From Planctomycetota bacterium (GTDB lineage Bacteria; Planctomycetota; PLA2; JAEUHO01): 64,000 nt of DNA. Positions 50,174 to 60,622 of the stretch are shown in pieces. The notes beneath the pieces were generated by a model. It did no database searches. It had not been told where the DNA came from and saw only the letters and a program-made list of their open reading frames with translations. Position 1 is the first letter of the stretch. Each line of letters opens with the position of its first letter. The position numbers and the translations under genes were made by a program. The DNA is taken from the NCBI GenBank assembly GCA_050248855.1, contig JBFWRP010000003.1, positions 64,001-128,000 of the forward strand, written 5' to 3'.

Positions 50174-50600
50174 CACTACGGTGCCCACTACGGTGCCAGA
50201 GCAACTCCTATCACTTGGCGGCGCCACGCTGGCAGGCGCGGCGGAGTCCCGCCGCCTGGTGGCCCCAAGCCCGGCGGCATGCCGCCGCGATCGCCCCGGC
50301 GGCATGCCGCCGGGGCCACCCCGGAATTCCGGGGTGGTTCGGGGCCCTGACTTCAGGGCTCGGCGAGGTCCATGCTCAGGCGACACCCTCCGGCGGGCAC
50401 TCAGCACCCCATTGCAGGCCCGGCGACAGGCCGCCGCCCACCAGCTCTCGCACCGGCGGCATGCCGCCGGGGCCACCCCGGAATTCCGGGGTGGTTCGGG
50501 GCCCTGATTACAGGGCTCGGCGCCGTCGCTTCTCGTGCGGCGGCCCAGGGTGGGCACTCGGCACCCCATCGCAGGGGGCGGCGGGAGACCGCCGCCGGCG
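50174..50600. repeat. Solo arm plus two ~157-bp tandem palindrome-rich units
   Basis: CACTACGGTGCC x2 (50174-50197), running into arm TACGGTGCCAGAGCAACTCCTATCAC (50189-50214). CCGGCGGCATGCCGCCGGGGCCACCCCGGAATTCCGGGGTGGTTCGGGGCCCTGA starts at 50296 and again at 50453. Confidence 0.85.
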
Positions 50601-50647
50601 CCGTGCGGAGTGACGCTGAGGTGACCGGCGAGGCGGAGGGTGACGGG

Positions 50648-51235
50648 ATGCGTCGACTCCATCTAGCTGCCCTCGCCCCTGCCGTCCTCGTGCTTGCCGC
50701 CTGCCAGTCGGGGGGGAGCGGGGAGGTCGCGGGGGCGGTGCGCTCCGACGGGTTCCCGGCACCTAGCCAGTACGCCGTGTGGCACACGGCGCGGCAGGTG
50801 TTCCACGAGCAGCAGCTGGCCATCGACGACGAGAACTCGTCGGCCCAGACCGGGGTGCTGGTGTCGCATTGGCGCGCGTCGCTCTCGCCGTTCTCGCGCG
50901 ACGGGCACCGCGATCGGGCCACCGTGCGCGTGTACCCGGTCGAGGGGCGGCCCGGCTACTTCCGGACCGAGACCAACGTGGTGCGCCAGATCAACGCCGA
51001 CATGCGCGACCCGGGCAACCCCATGGCGGCCGACTGGGGCAACGACACGCGCAACCAGCCGATGGAGACGCTGATCAACCGGCGCATCGAGATGTTCTTC
51101 CTGCCCAACGACGTCAGCGACGTGTTCCGCCGCCAGCACGGCATGGAGCCGGGCGCGAGCCCGCGCATCGTCGAGCCCGAGCCGAACGGCCCGCCGCCGT
51201 CGGACAACCCCTTCGACTTCCTCGCGCCCCGCTAG
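50648..51235 (+). CDS. Lipoprotein, unknown function
   Basis: MRRLHLAALAPAVLVLAAC lipobox; GGAGG RBS. Confidence 0.75.
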   Translation: MRRLHLAALAPAVLVLAACQSGGSGEVAGAVRSDGFPAPSQYAVWHTARQVFHEQQLAIDDENSSAQTGVLVSHWRASLSPFSRDGHRDRATVRVYPVEGRPGYFRTETNVVRQINADMRDPGNPMAADWGNDTRNQPMETLINRRIEMFFLPNDVSDVFRRQHGMEPGASPRIVEPEPNGPPPSDNPFDFLAPR

Positions 51236-52407
51236 ACCCGACCCACACAGGCCAACGGGCGTCCCGTGGACCCCTTGAGCAGCACGAGGTGTCCGGCGTG
51301 GGGGCCGCCGAGGCGCAGCTTCTTGCGCCAGGCTTCGGCGCGGTCGTCGACGCCGCGCTTTCGCACCTCCACGCGGCCAACACCGGCCTCGGCGAACCAG
51401 CGGTTGACGCGCTTGGCGTCCGGCGGCAGCACCGCCTCGATGCGGAGCCAGGTGCCGGGCGCCGTGGGCGTCGGCGCCTCGCCCAGGAGGTAGTCGGTTC
51501 GGCCTGCGCAGGGCGTCGTGAGGCCCTCGCGCAGGGCGAGCGCGGGCACCAAGTCGGCGTGGTGCACCGCCGTGTCGGGATCGAGCAGCCAGACGCCCGC
51601 CTCGAGGGCGCCCACCTCGGGTAGCTCCTCGTCGCCCGCGCCCTCGATGCTCGTCCCTTCCGGCAGGGCCAGCGCCCGCCGCGGCGCGGCGTCGGCAAAG
51701 CCGGCGAGCAGCAACCGCCGTTCGCGGGCGCGGCCCGCGAGCGACACCACCTCGAAGGGCGGCGCATCGCCTCCGTCGTCGGGCCACGTGGTGGCCGGCG
51801 CGACCTTCACCACCAAGGCGCGCGCCCGCTCGCTCCACGTGCGCCACGCAGCGGGCGGTGGCGAGAAGTCCTCGGCGCTCGTCTGTCGCTGCCCGCCGGA
51901 CCGCCGGTCGGGGTCCACGAACACGAGGTCGGCGGGGAGGTCGCGCGGCGCCTCCTCGATGCGCACCTCGACGAGGTCGGCCACACCGAGCGCGACCGCG
52001 TTGGCGCGAAGCAGCGCCGCGCAGACGGGATCGCGATCGTAGGCCACGACGGGGCGGCCCGTCACGGCCACGGCCAGGGCGTCCACCCCCGCCCCCGAAC
52101 CCACGTCCACCAGGGGAGCGTGCGCCGTGCCCGGCCAGCGCGTCGCGCGCTCCGCGGCCACGGCCCACGCCGTGGCCTGCTCGAGGGCTTCGCGCTCGAA
52201 CAGCCACTGCGTCGGCTCGGGCACCTTGGCCGCGGCGCGGCGCTCGAGGTCATCCTGCTCGAGCAGCACGCGGGCGCGGTCGCTGTCGTAGGCGCGGGTC
52301 AGCGCCCGGTGGCGCTGGTGCAGCGGCTTGTCGCGCAGCGCACGTGCGGCGGCGCGCGCCTCGGGGCCCGCATCGCCAGCCAGGAAGGCGACGTCCTCGA
52401 GGCGCAT
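51232..52407 (-). CDS. SAM-dependent methyltransferase with THUMP-like C-terminal domain
   Basis: ALEQAT, VDVGSGAGVDA, FVDPDRR, LDPD.AV, VEVRKRG. Confidence 0.85.
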   Translation of the reverse strand: MRLEDVAFLAGDAGPEARAAARALRDKPLHQRHRALTRAYDSDRARVLLEQDDLERRAAAKVPEPTQWLFEREALEQATAWAVAAERATRWPGTAHAPLVDVGSGAGVDALAVAVTGRPVVAYDRDPVCAALLRANAVALGVADLVEVRIEEAPRDLPADLVFVDPDRRSGGQRQTSAEDFSPPPAAWRTWSERARALVVKVAPATTWPDDGGDAPPFEVVSLAGRARERRLLLAGFADAAPRRALALPEGTSIEGAGDEELPEVGALEAGVWLLDPDTAVHHADLVPALALREGLTTPCAGRTDYLLGEAPTPTAPGTWLRIEAVLPPDAKRVNRWFAEAGVGRVEVRKRGVDDRAEAWRKKLRLGGPHAGHLVLLKGSTGRPLACVGRV

Positions 52408-52489
52408 GGCGACGTTGTGCCATGGCGGGGCCCGGGCGGCGCAGACCGGACGAGCCGCCTCGCGCCAAGTCGACCTTACGATGAGGCCG

Positions 52490-54871
52490 ATGGTCGACCC
52501 CCAGGCTGCCGCCGATCGCACCCCGATCCCCGACCAGCTGCCGGGCCTGCGCTTGGCCAGCACGGTCGTCTTCCCCTTCGACGTGGTGAGCGTCCCGATC
52601 GACCGGCCGCGCAGCCGGCGGATGCTGGATGCGACGCCCGGGGACGCGGCTCTCGTGGCCTGCTTCCTGCCGCGTGAGCCCGAGCCCGACGGGCGGCTTG
52701 CCGAGCGCACCGAGGACTTCCTGCCGATCGGCGTGGCTTGCCGCGTGATCCACCGCATGCGCATGCCCAACGACACGGTGCAGGTCGTGCTGCAGGGCCT
52801 GGGCCGGATCCGGCTCGAGAAGGTGCTCCGGGCCGAGCCCTACCTCGAGTTCCAGGTGCGTCCGGTCGCCGACCACGAGCCCAAGGGGGCCGACATCGAC
52901 GCGCGCATCGTGCGCTGCATGGAGCTCGTGGACGAGCTCGTGCAAGCCGAGGGCGGCTACCCGCCCGAGATGGTCAACATCCTGCGGATGAACATCTCGG
53001 GCGCCGGGCGCTTCGCCGACCTGCTCGGTGCGCACCTGCGGCTACCGCTGGAGCTCAAGCGCCACCTGCTGGCCGCGCCGACCGTGCGCGAGCGCCTGCA
53101 GATCGTGGAGGAGTCCCTGGCCGAGGCGCTGGCCCGGCATCAGGTGCAGGAGGAGGTAGGCGCCCGCGTCAAGGCCGAGCTCACCGCGCGACAACGCGAG
53201 CAGCTCTTGCGCGCGCAGCTGCGCGCCATCCACCGCGAGCTGGGCGAAGGGGGTGACACGGCGGCCGAGGCGGAGGCCTTGCGCGAGGCGGTCGAGGCCC
53301 GCGGCCTGCCGGAGGCCGTGCACGAGGTGGCCCTGCGCGAGGTGGAGCGGCTGGGCAGCATGCCCCAGGCCAGCGGCGAGCAGCACGTCGTACGCACGTA
53401 CGTCCAGTGGCTGCTCGATCTCCCCTGGGAAGTGCCGCCGCGCCGCCGCGTCGACTTGCGCAAGGCCCGTCGCGTGCTCGACGAAGCCCACTACGGGCTG
53501 GAGGACGTGAAAGAGCGGATCCTCGAGCACTTGGCCGTGCAGCGGTTGGCCAACGACCCGCGGGCCCCCGTGCTCTGTCTCGTGGGCCCGCCCGGTGTGG
53601 GCAAGACCAGCCTGGGTCGCAGCGTGGCCGACGCGATGGGCCGACGCTTCGCGCGCTTCAGCGTGGGCGGCGTGCGCGACGAGAGCGAGATCCGCGGCCA
53701 TCGGCGCACGTACGTCGGCGCCATGCCGGGCAAGATCCTGCAGACGATCCGCCGCGTGGGCTCGGCCGACTGCCTGTTCCTGATCGACGAGATCGACAAG
53801 ATGGGGGCCGATGCGCGGGGCGACCCCGCCAGCGCTTTGCTCGAGGTGCTCGACCCCTCGCAGAACGAGACGTTCACCGACCACTACCTCGACGTGCCCT
53901 ACGACCTGTCGCACGTCTTCTTCATGGCCACGGCCAACGACGTGTCCACCATCCCGGGCCCGCTGCGCGATCGCATGGAGATCGTGCACCTCGCGGGCTA
54001 CACGCGCCTCGAGAAGCTGGCCATCGCCAAGCGCCACCTCGTTCCTGCCGTCTTGGAGGAGACGGGCCTCACCACGCGGCGCCTCGTGTTCGAGGATGCG
54101 GCGATCCTCGACCTCGTGGACCGCTACACGCGGGAGGCGGGCGTACGCGGCCTGCGGCGCCAGCTGGCCCGCTTGGCCCGTCGCCGCGCGCTCGACGTGG
54201 CGCAGGGCGGTCCCGGCGGCAAGGGCAAGCTCGTCATCACGCCCGAGCGCGTGGCCGAGCGGCTGGGCCCGCCGACGAACGAGCCCACGGCACGCTCGCG
54301 GGACGCCGCCGTCGGCGTGACCGCGGGGCTGGCTTGGACGCCGACGGGCGGCGACCTGCTGTTCATCGAAGCCACGCTCGTGCCGGGCACCGGCCACGTC
54401 AAGGTGACGGGGCGGCTCGGGGAGGTGATGCGCGAGAGCGCGGAGGCCGCCTTCACGTACGTGCGCTCCAAGATGCGCGACCTGGACATCGACCCGGAGC
54501 GCATCCGCACCCACGACGTCCACGTGCACGTGCCGGACGGGGCCACACCCAAGGACGGACCCAGCGCGGGCGTCACCATCGCCACCTGCCTCGCGAGCCT
54601 GCTCACCGGGCGTCCGGCGCGCCCGGATGTGGCGATGACCGGCGAGATCACGCTGAAGGGTCGCGTGCTGCCGGTGGGGGGCGTCAAGGAGAAGGTCCTG
54701 GCGGCGCATCGCGCGGGCATCCAGACGGTGTTGCTGCCCGAGGGCAACCGCCGTGACCTCGCCGACATCCCGCCCGAGGTCCAGGCCGGGCTCACGTTGT
54801 GTTTCACCAAGGACGCCCGCGAGAACATCGAGGCCACGCTGCTCTCCCTCCTGCTGCCCGACGACGAGTGA
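52490..54871 (+). CDS. lon: ATP-dependent protease La
   Basis: [37 protein letters not shown] (catalytic Ser), GGVKEK. Confidence 0.97.
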   Translation: MVDPQAAADRTPIPDQLPGLRLASTVVFPFDVVSVPIDRPRSRRMLDATPGDAALVACFLPREPEPDGRLAERTEDFLPIGVACRVIHRMRMPNDTVQVVLQGLGRIRLEKVLRAEPYLEFQVRPVADHEPKGADIDARIVRCMELVDELVQAEGGYPPEMVNILRMNISGAGRFADLLGAHLRLPLELKRHLLAAPTVRERLQIVEESLAEALARHQVQEEVGARVKAELTARQREQLLRAQLRAIHRELGEGGDTAAEAEALREAVEARGLPEAVHEVALREVERLGSMPQASGEQHVVRTYVQWLLDLPWEVPPRRRVDLRKARRVLDEAHYGLEDVKERILEHLAVQRLANDPRAPVLCLVGPPGVGKTSLGRSVADAMGRRFARFSVGGVRDESEIRGHRRTYVGAMPGKILQTIRRVGSADCLFLIDEIDKMGADARGDPASALLEVLDPSQNETFTDHYLDVPYDLSHVFFMATANDVSTIPGPLRDRMEIVHLAGYTRLEKLAIAKRHLVPAVLEETGLTTRRLVFEDAAILDLVDRYTREAGVRGLRRQLARLARRRALDVAQGGPGGKGKLVITPERVAERLGPPTNEPTARSRDAAVGVTAGLAWTPTGGDLLFIEATLVPGTGHVKVTGRLGEVMRESAEAAFTYVRSKMRDLDIDPERIRTHDVHVHVPDGATPKDGPSAGVTIATCLASLLTGRPARPDVAMTGEITLKGRVLPVGGVKEKVLAAHRAGIQTVLLPEGNRRDLADIPPEVQAGLTLCFTKDARENIEATLLSLLLPDDE

Positions 54872-56826
54872 TGCGCGCGCGGCGGGTCGGCACGCTGACC
54901 TTGGCGAGCTTGGTGTTCGCACTCGTCGCCTGCGGCGAGGAGACGCCGCTGCCGCGCGACGTCGCGCGGTGGGCTGCAGCGGGTTCCACGCGATTGCGCT
55001 TCGACGACGCCTCGGCCGCCTCGGGCATCAGCGCCGTGAACCACACGGGGCGCGCGGGAACGAAGGAGTTCCTGATCGAGGCGATGGGCCCCGGCCCGGC
55101 GTGGCTCGATGCCGATGGCGACGGGTGGCTGGACCTCTTCCTGCCCGACGGCGAGGGCTTGGGCGCGTACGAGCTGGTGGAGGTCCCGGAGCCCGGGACG
55201 CGCCGCGCACGCCCCCTGCTGCGCCGACGGGACGATGCCGACTCGCCGGGCGGCGACACGCTCTGGCGCAACCGGGGGGACGGCACGTTCGAGGACGTGA
55301 CCCGGGCCGCGGGGATCGCCGGGCGGGGCTGGTCGTTCGGCGCGCTGGCCTTCGATATGGAGGGCGACGGCGACACGGACGTGCTCGTGGCACGCTTCGG
55401 CAAGAACCTGCTCTGGCGCAACCTGGGTGACGGCACCTTCGAGGAAGTCGGCGAGGCCCTGGGTGTCGCGGGCCCGGTCTGGGCCTGGACCACGTGCGCG
55501 GCCGCGGGGGACCTGGACGGTGACGGGCGTCTCGACCTCTACCTCGCGCAGTACGCCGACCCCGCCGCCGAGGTCGCCAAGCGGCGCGACGACCCCAACC
55601 AGGCCGACCTGCTGCCGCCCGGCGCGGCGCCGGACCGGATCGGCGGTCGGGCCTGCCGCTGGCAGGGCCTCACGACCTACTGCGGGCCCATCGGACTGGA
55701 CGCGCAACACGACGTGGTCCTGCGCCAGCGCGAGGACGGCACGTTCGAGGACGTGACCGCGGCCTGGGGCTTCGTGCCACCGGCGGCCCAGTACGGCTTC
55801 CAGGTCCTGATCGTGGACCTCTCCGAGGACGGCCTCCTCGACGTGTTCGTGGCGAACGACTCGGTCGAGAACTTCCTGTGGGTCCAGTCCCGCGCGCCGG
55901 ACGGCACGCCGCGCTTCCGCGACGACGCCACCGTGCGCGGCGTCAAGCTCGGCACCAACGACAGCCCACAAGCCAGCATGGGCGCGGCGGTAGCCGACGC
56001 CGACCAGGACGGCTTGCTCGACCTCGCCGCCACCAACTTCAGCCGCGACTACAACAACATCTGGAAGGCCCGGCGCGTGAAGCACACGGGGATGGTCTTC
56101 TTCCGCGACCGCGGCCTGGCCCTGATCGGTGCGGCCACGTACATGGACCTCTCGTGGGGCGTGGGCTGGCAGGACTTCGACAACGACGCCGACCTCGACC
56201 TGTTCATTGCCAACGGGCACGTCTACCGCGAGGTCGACGACGCCCCGGGCCTGGGCAGCTATGCGCAGCCCAACACCTTGTTCGAGTGCATGGACGTCGC
56301 CGACCTCGGCTACCGCGAGGTGGGGGCCAAGGCGATGCGCCATCCCGGGGGCGGGGTCGAGCCCGCAGCGCTCGACGCCGGGCCGGGTCTGGAGATCGAA
56401 GCCTCCAGCCGCGGAGCGGCCTTTGGCGACTACGACGACGACGGCCGCGTCGACGTGTTCGTCGGCAACATGAACGAGCGACCCTCCCTGCTGCACAACG
56501 TCTCGCGCGACGGCGGCACGTGGGTGAAGCTGGTCCTCCAGCAGCCGGGTCCCAACCGCGAGGCGGTGGGGGCGCGCCTGCGCGTCGCGTCGGGCGGTCG
56601 CACGCAGACGTTCCCCGTGCTGCGCGGCAGCTCGTTCCTGGGCACCGACGACCCGCGCGTGCACGTGGGCCTCGGCGCGGCGGCCACGTGCGACGTCCAG
56701 GTGGACTGGCCCGCGCCCCAGCCGACGACGGTCCGCTACGCAGGGCTCGAGGCGGGGGCGATGCATCGCCTGCGGCGGGACGGCAGCCACGAGGAGGTGG
56801 CGCTCGGCGCCTCGAGAGATCGATAG
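54871..56826 (+). CDS. CRTAC1-family lipoprotein (FG-GAP repeats + ASPIC/UnbV)
   Basis: LVAC lipobox; repeated DxDGDGxxDL motifs; [26 protein letters not shown]. Confidence 0.9.
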   Translation: MRARRVGTLTLASLVFALVACGEETPLPRDVARWAAAGSTRLRFDDASAASGISAVNHTGRAGTKEFLIEAMGPGPAWLDADGDGWLDLFLPDGEGLGAYELVEVPEPGTRRARPLLRRRDDADSPGGDTLWRNRGDGTFEDVTRAAGIAGRGWSFGALAFDMEGDGDTDVLVARFGKNLLWRNLGDGTFEEVGEALGVAGPVWAWTTCAAAGDLDGDGRLDLYLAQYADPAAEVAKRRDDPNQADLLPPGAAPDRIGGRACRWQGLTTYCGPIGLDAQHDVVLRQREDGTFEDVTAAWGFVPPAAQYGFQVLIVDLSEDGLLDVFVANDSVENFLWVQSRAPDGTPRFRDDATVRGVKLGTNDSPQASMGAAVADADQDGLLDLAATNFSRDYNNIWKARRVKHTGMVFFRDRGLALIGAATYMDLSWGVGWQDFDNDADLDLFIANGHVYREVDDAPGLGSYAQPNTLFECMDVADLGYREVGAKAMRHPGGGVEPAALDAGPGLEIEASSRGAAFGDYDDDGRVDVFVGNMNERPSLLHNVSRDGGTWVKLVLQQPGPNREAVGARLRVASGGRTQTFPVLRGSSFLGTDDPRVHVGLGAAATCDVQVDWPAPQPTTVRYAGLEAGAMHRLRRDGSHEEVALGASRDR

Positions 56827-56961
56827 AATCGCAATCCAAGATCTGCATGCACGATAGATGTACGATACACGTGGTGGCCGTCGGCCCGGACGGCCGTCGG
56901 GCCAAGGTGGCGGGCCGCTGCGCCTCGTCCTTCAATGGCGGATCGCCCCCGGGAGTCGTCC

Positions 56962-57351
56962 ATGAACGTTCTGGCCGCCGCCTCCGAGATCGCCGAGTAC
57001 GTGCCCGTGCTGGTGATGCTGCTGTTCGCCTTGGGGTTCGCGGCCCTCAACCTCGTGGCCTCCTGGGTGCTCGGGCAGAAGGCGCCGAGCAACCCGGTCA
57101 AGGACGCGGCCTACGAGTGCGGCATGCCGCCGATCAGCGACGCGCACCAGCGCTTCAGCGTGAAGTTCTACCTGGTCGCGATCCTGTTCGTGCTGTTCGA
57201 CATCGAGGTGGTCTTCCTCTACCCCTGGGCCGTGCACTTCAACAAGATGCCGCAGTTCCTGTTCTTCGAGATGCTGGTGTTCATCGGCATCTTGTTCCTG
57301 GGCTGGTGGTACGTGATCCGCAAGGGCGCCGTCAACTGGGCGCGGGACTGA
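56962..57351 (+). CDS. nuoA: NADH-quinone oxidoreductase subunit A
   Basis: [30 protein letters not shown]; alternative start 56935. Confidence 0.96.
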   Translation: MNVLAAASEIAEYVPVLVMLLFALGFAALNLVASWVLGQKAPSNPVKDAAYECGMPPISDAHQRFSVKFYLVAILFVLFDIEVVFLYPWAVHFNKMPQFLFFEMLVFIGILFLGWWYVIRKGAVNWARD

Positions 57352-57385
57352 CGCCAACCCCCCCCGACGAGCCGAGGAGCACGCC

Positions 57386-58063
57386 ATGTCCAAGACTGTC
57401 ACCCAAACGGCTGATCACCTGGAAGCCAGCGGCAGCAGCGAGGGCTCGTTCCTCCTCACGTCCGTGCAGTCGCTCGCCAACTGGTGCCGCAAGAACAGCG
57501 TGTGGCCACTTCCCCTGGGCCTTTCCTGCTGCGGCATCGAGTTCATGGCCACGGCCTGCAGCCGCTACGACATGGCCCGCTTCGGCATGGAGGTGGCGCG
57601 CTTCTCGCCGCGCCAGGCCGACCTGCTGCTCGTGGCGGGCACGCTCACCTACAAGATGGCCCACGTCATGACGCGCCTCTACGACCAGATGGCCGAGCCC
57701 AAGTGGGTGATCGCCATGGGCGCGTGCGCGTCCAGCGGCGGCATGTTCCGCAGCTACCCGGTCGTGCAGGGCATCGACGAGTTCATCCCGGTCGACTTCT
57801 ACATCCCCGGCTGCCCGCCGCGTCCCGACGCGGTGCTGACGTGCCTGATGGAGCTGCAGAAGAAGATCGACGCGGACCGTTCCTGGCGCCTGCGCCTGGA
57901 CAACCCCGAGGAAGAGCGCCGCGTGCCGCTCGTCGAGCGCGGCGCCTTGCCGGGGCGCGGCGAGGGCGCGCCGGTGGCCCTGGCCACGCGCAACGAGCGC
58001 TTCGCCGAGGAGGGTCCGCAGAAGGCCGCGAGCCGCGGCCGCGAGCCCAAGGAGCTCCTGTGA
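57386..58063 (+). CDS. nuoB: NADH-quinone oxidoreductase subunit B
   Basis: [31 protein letters not shown]. Confidence 0.97.
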   Translation: MSKTVTQTADHLEASGSSEGSFLLTSVQSLANWCRKNSVWPLPLGLSCCGIEFMATACSRYDMARFGMEVARFSPRQADLLLVAGTLTYKMAHVMTRLYDQMAEPKWVIAMGACASSGGMFRSYPVVQGIDEFIPVDFYIPGCPPRPDAVLTCLMELQKKIDADRSWRLRLDNPEEERRVPLVERGALPGRGEGAPVALATRNERFAEEGPQKAASRGREPKELL

Positions 58064-58602
58064 GCCGCGCCACCCGGTCCGTCACCAGCTCGATCACGTA
58101 CCTCGACGCGGCTCCCGCGTCGGTCTCCGCCGCGGCCCGCGCCGCGCTGGAGCCGTTCGGCCCAGCGTGGTCCGCGCACGCGCCCCACGCCGACGGCCGG
58201 CCCTGGATGGGGCACGGCTACGCGGCGGCCCGCGTCCCGACCGATCGTTGGCTCGAGGCGCACAAGGCCTTGAAGGCCGCCGGTTTCGTGTTCCTGCGTG
58301 ACCACACGGCCGTGGACTACCCCGACCGCGTGCCCCGCTTCACCGTGGTCACGAGCCTCGTCAACCTGGAGACGCAGGAAGAGCTGCTGCTCAAGACGCG
58401 CGTGGCCGATGGCGAATCGGTGGCTTCGCTGACGCCGCTCTGGCACAGCGCCAACTGGGCCGAGCGCGAGACCTACGACATGTTCGGGATTCCCTTCGAG
58501 GGCCACCCCGACCTCACGCGCATCTACATGCCCGAGGACTACGACGGCTGGCCGATGCGGCGCGATTTCCCGCTCCAAGGCCATCTCCGCTTCCAGGACT
58601 GA
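58060..58602 (+). CDS. nuoC: NADH-quinone oxidoreductase subunit C
   Basis: [38 protein letters not shown]. Confidence 0.95.
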   Translation: MSRATRSVTSSITYLDAAPASVSAAARAALEPFGPAWSAHAPHADGRPWMGHGYAAARVPTDRWLEAHKALKAAGFVFLRDHTAVDYPDRVPRFTVVTSLVNLETQEELLLKTRVADGESVASLTPLWHSANWAERETYDMFGIPFEGHPDLTRIYMPEDYDGWPMRRDFPLQGHLRFQD

Positions 58603-58801
58603 AGCGGGCGTCGCGAGGAACTGCGAGCGGGTCGCAAGACGGCCCGAAGTGCCCCTCGGACAGGGCCGCCGGCGGCGTCTTCGAGCCGGGTCGGCGCCCC
58701 GGTCGCGGCTCGCCGGGTCGGGGCTGCCGCCGTACCCTGCGCGCCACCGCCGCCGCCGCGGAGACCCCGCGGTCCATCCACGCCCCGAGGGTGCCGAGCC
58801 C

Positions 58802-60070
58802 ATGAGCGTCCCGCCCGAATCCGGTCCCACTGCCGCCCGCCCGTCCGCCGCGGGCGAGGCCGTGGCGTGGGACCCGGACATCCGCCTCGACCAGGGTGAC
58901 GACCTGGGCGAGCGCATGGTCCTCAACATGGGTCCGTCGCATCCCAGCACGCATGGCGTGCTGCGCATCGTGCTCGAGATCGACGGCGAGCGGGTGATCA
59001 AGGCCACGCCCGACGTGGGCTACCTGCACCGGGGCATGGAGAAGCTCGGGGAGACGCTCGGCTACCACCGCTTCATCCCCTACACGGACCGCCTCGACTA
59101 CCTCGCGCCGCTCTCCAACAACTGCGCCATTGCGCTGGCGGCGGAGCGGGTCTGCGGGATCGAGGCGCCGCCGCGTGCGCAGGGCCTGCGCGTCATCTGC
59201 TGCGAGCTGGCGCGCATGAGCGCGCACCTGCTGGGCCTCGGCGCCTACTCGATGGACGTGGGGGCGATGACCGTCTTCCTCTACACGTTCACGGAGCGCG
59301 AGCGCCTCTACAACTTCTTCGAGTTCCTCACGGGCGCCCGCTTCACCACGTCCTACACGCGCATCGGCGGCGTGGCGCGCGACGCCGAGGACGGCTGGCT
59401 GCGCGAGGTGCGCGAGTTCTGCGATGGGTTCCACAAGAAGGTGGACACCTGGGAGAAGCTGCTCACGCGCAACCGCATCTGGCGCATCCGCAACGAGGGC
59501 ATCGGCGTCATCACGCGCGACATGGCGCTCTCCTACGGCCTGACGGGCCCCGTGCTGCGCGGCAGCGGCGTCCCCTACGACGTGCGCAAGGACCGCCCCT
59601 ACTTCGGGTACGAGCAGTACGACTTCGACGTGCCCGTCGGCCAGCATGGCGATGCCTACGACCGCTACCTCGTGCGCCTGGAGGAGCTGCGCCAGTCGGC
59701 GCGCATCGTGGTCCAGGCCATCGATCGCCTGCCCGAGGGCCCCTTCCTCGCCGACGAGCCCAAGTTCGTGCTGCCGGCCAAGCACGACGTGCTCACGGGG
59801 ATGGAGCAGCTGATCCACCAGTTCATGCTCGTCACGGGCGAGATGGACACGCCCACGGGCGAGATCGCGTCCTACATCGAGAACCCCAAGGGCGAGCACG
59901 GCTACTACATCCGCAGCGAGGGCGGCGCTGCGCCGTGGCGCCTCAAGATGCGCGCCCCGTCGTTCGTCAACCTGCAGGTGCTCAAGGAGCTCCTGCCGGG
60001 CGTGTTGGTCGCCGACATCGTGGCCATCCTCGGCTCGATCGACTTCGTGATGGGGGAGTGCGACAAGTGA
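58802..60070 (+). CDS. nuoD: NADH-quinone oxidoreductase subunit D
   Basis: NMGPSHPSTHGVLR, GYLHRGMEK, DRLDY, ENPKGE, GSIDFVMGECDK. Confidence 0.97.
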   Translation: MSVPPESGPTAARPSAAGEAVAWDPDIRLDQGDDLGERMVLNMGPSHPSTHGVLRIVLEIDGERVIKATPDVGYLHRGMEKLGETLGYHRFIPYTDRLDYLAPLSNNCAIALAAERVCGIEAPPRAQGLRVICCELARMSAHLLGLGAYSMDVGAMTVFLYTFTERERLYNFFEFLTGARFTTSYTRIGGVARDAEDGWLREVREFCDGFHKKVDTWEKLLTRNRIWRIRNEGIGVITRDMALSYGLTGPVLRGSGVPYDVRKDRPYFGYEQYDFDVPVGQHGDAYDRYLVRLEELRQSARIVVQAIDRLPEGPFLADEPKFVLPAKHDVLTGMEQLIHQFMLVTGEMDTPTGEIASYIENPKGEHGYYIRSEGGAAPWRLKMRAPSFVNLQVLKELLPGVLVADIVAILGSIDFVMGECDK

Positions 60071-60609
60071 ACCCGCGAGCACCCGCCGCCGAGCCGAAGG
60101 ACGTCGCGCCGCGCCCGCCCGCGGTCGTCCCCGCCGCGTTCCCGCCGCCCCAGCTGAAGGCGACGTGCGAGAAGATCCTCGCGCGGTACCCGACCAAGAT
60201 GGCGGCCCTGCTGCCCATCCTGCACGAGGCGCAGGCCTTCGGCGGCGGCTGGGTCTCGCCCGAGCTCGAGGCGGGTGTCGCGGCCTACCTTGGCCTGAGT
60301 CCCTCCCACGTGCACGGCGTGCTCACGTTCTACGCCATGTACAACACGAAGCCCGCGGGCCGCCATGAGCTGTGGGTCTGCCGCACGCTCACGTGCTGGC
60401 GACGCGGTGCGCCGGAGCTTCGGGCCAAGGCGCTCGAGAAGGCCGGCTGCACGCGCACGGGCGAGGTGGGTGCCGACGGCCGCTTCCTCGTGAAGGACAT
60501 GGAGTGCCTGGGCCTCTGCGAGCAGGCGCCGGCGATCTGGCTCGACGGCGTGGCGCACGCCAACGTCACCACCGAGGGTCTCGAGCAGCTCATGGACGGC
60601 TGCAAGTAG
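60067..60609 (+). CDS. nuoE: NADH-quinone oxidoreductase subunit E
   Basis: ALLPILHEAQ, TFYAMY, CRTLTC...ECLGLC (2Fe-2S). Confidence 0.95.
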   Translation: MNPRAPAAEPKDVAPRPPAVVPAAFPPPQLKATCEKILARYPTKMAALLPILHEAQAFGGGWVSPELEAGVAAYLGLSPSHVHGVLTFYAMYNTKPAGRHELWVCRTLTCWRRGAPELRAKALEKAGCTRTGEVGADGRFLVKDMECLGLCEQAPAIWLDGVAHANVTTEGLEQLMDGCK

Positions 60610-60622
60610 GAGCGCACGAGGC

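Noticed and set aside
48586..50647. Integron cassette with attC sites
   Set aside because: No RYYYAAC...GTTRRRY ends recognised and no integrase in the window
58603..58801. Extra gene or RNA between nuoC and nuoD
   Set aside because: GC-rich 200-bp spacer with no convincing ORF, RBS or recognisable RNA motif; the longer nuoD start at 58649 gives a low-complexity extension
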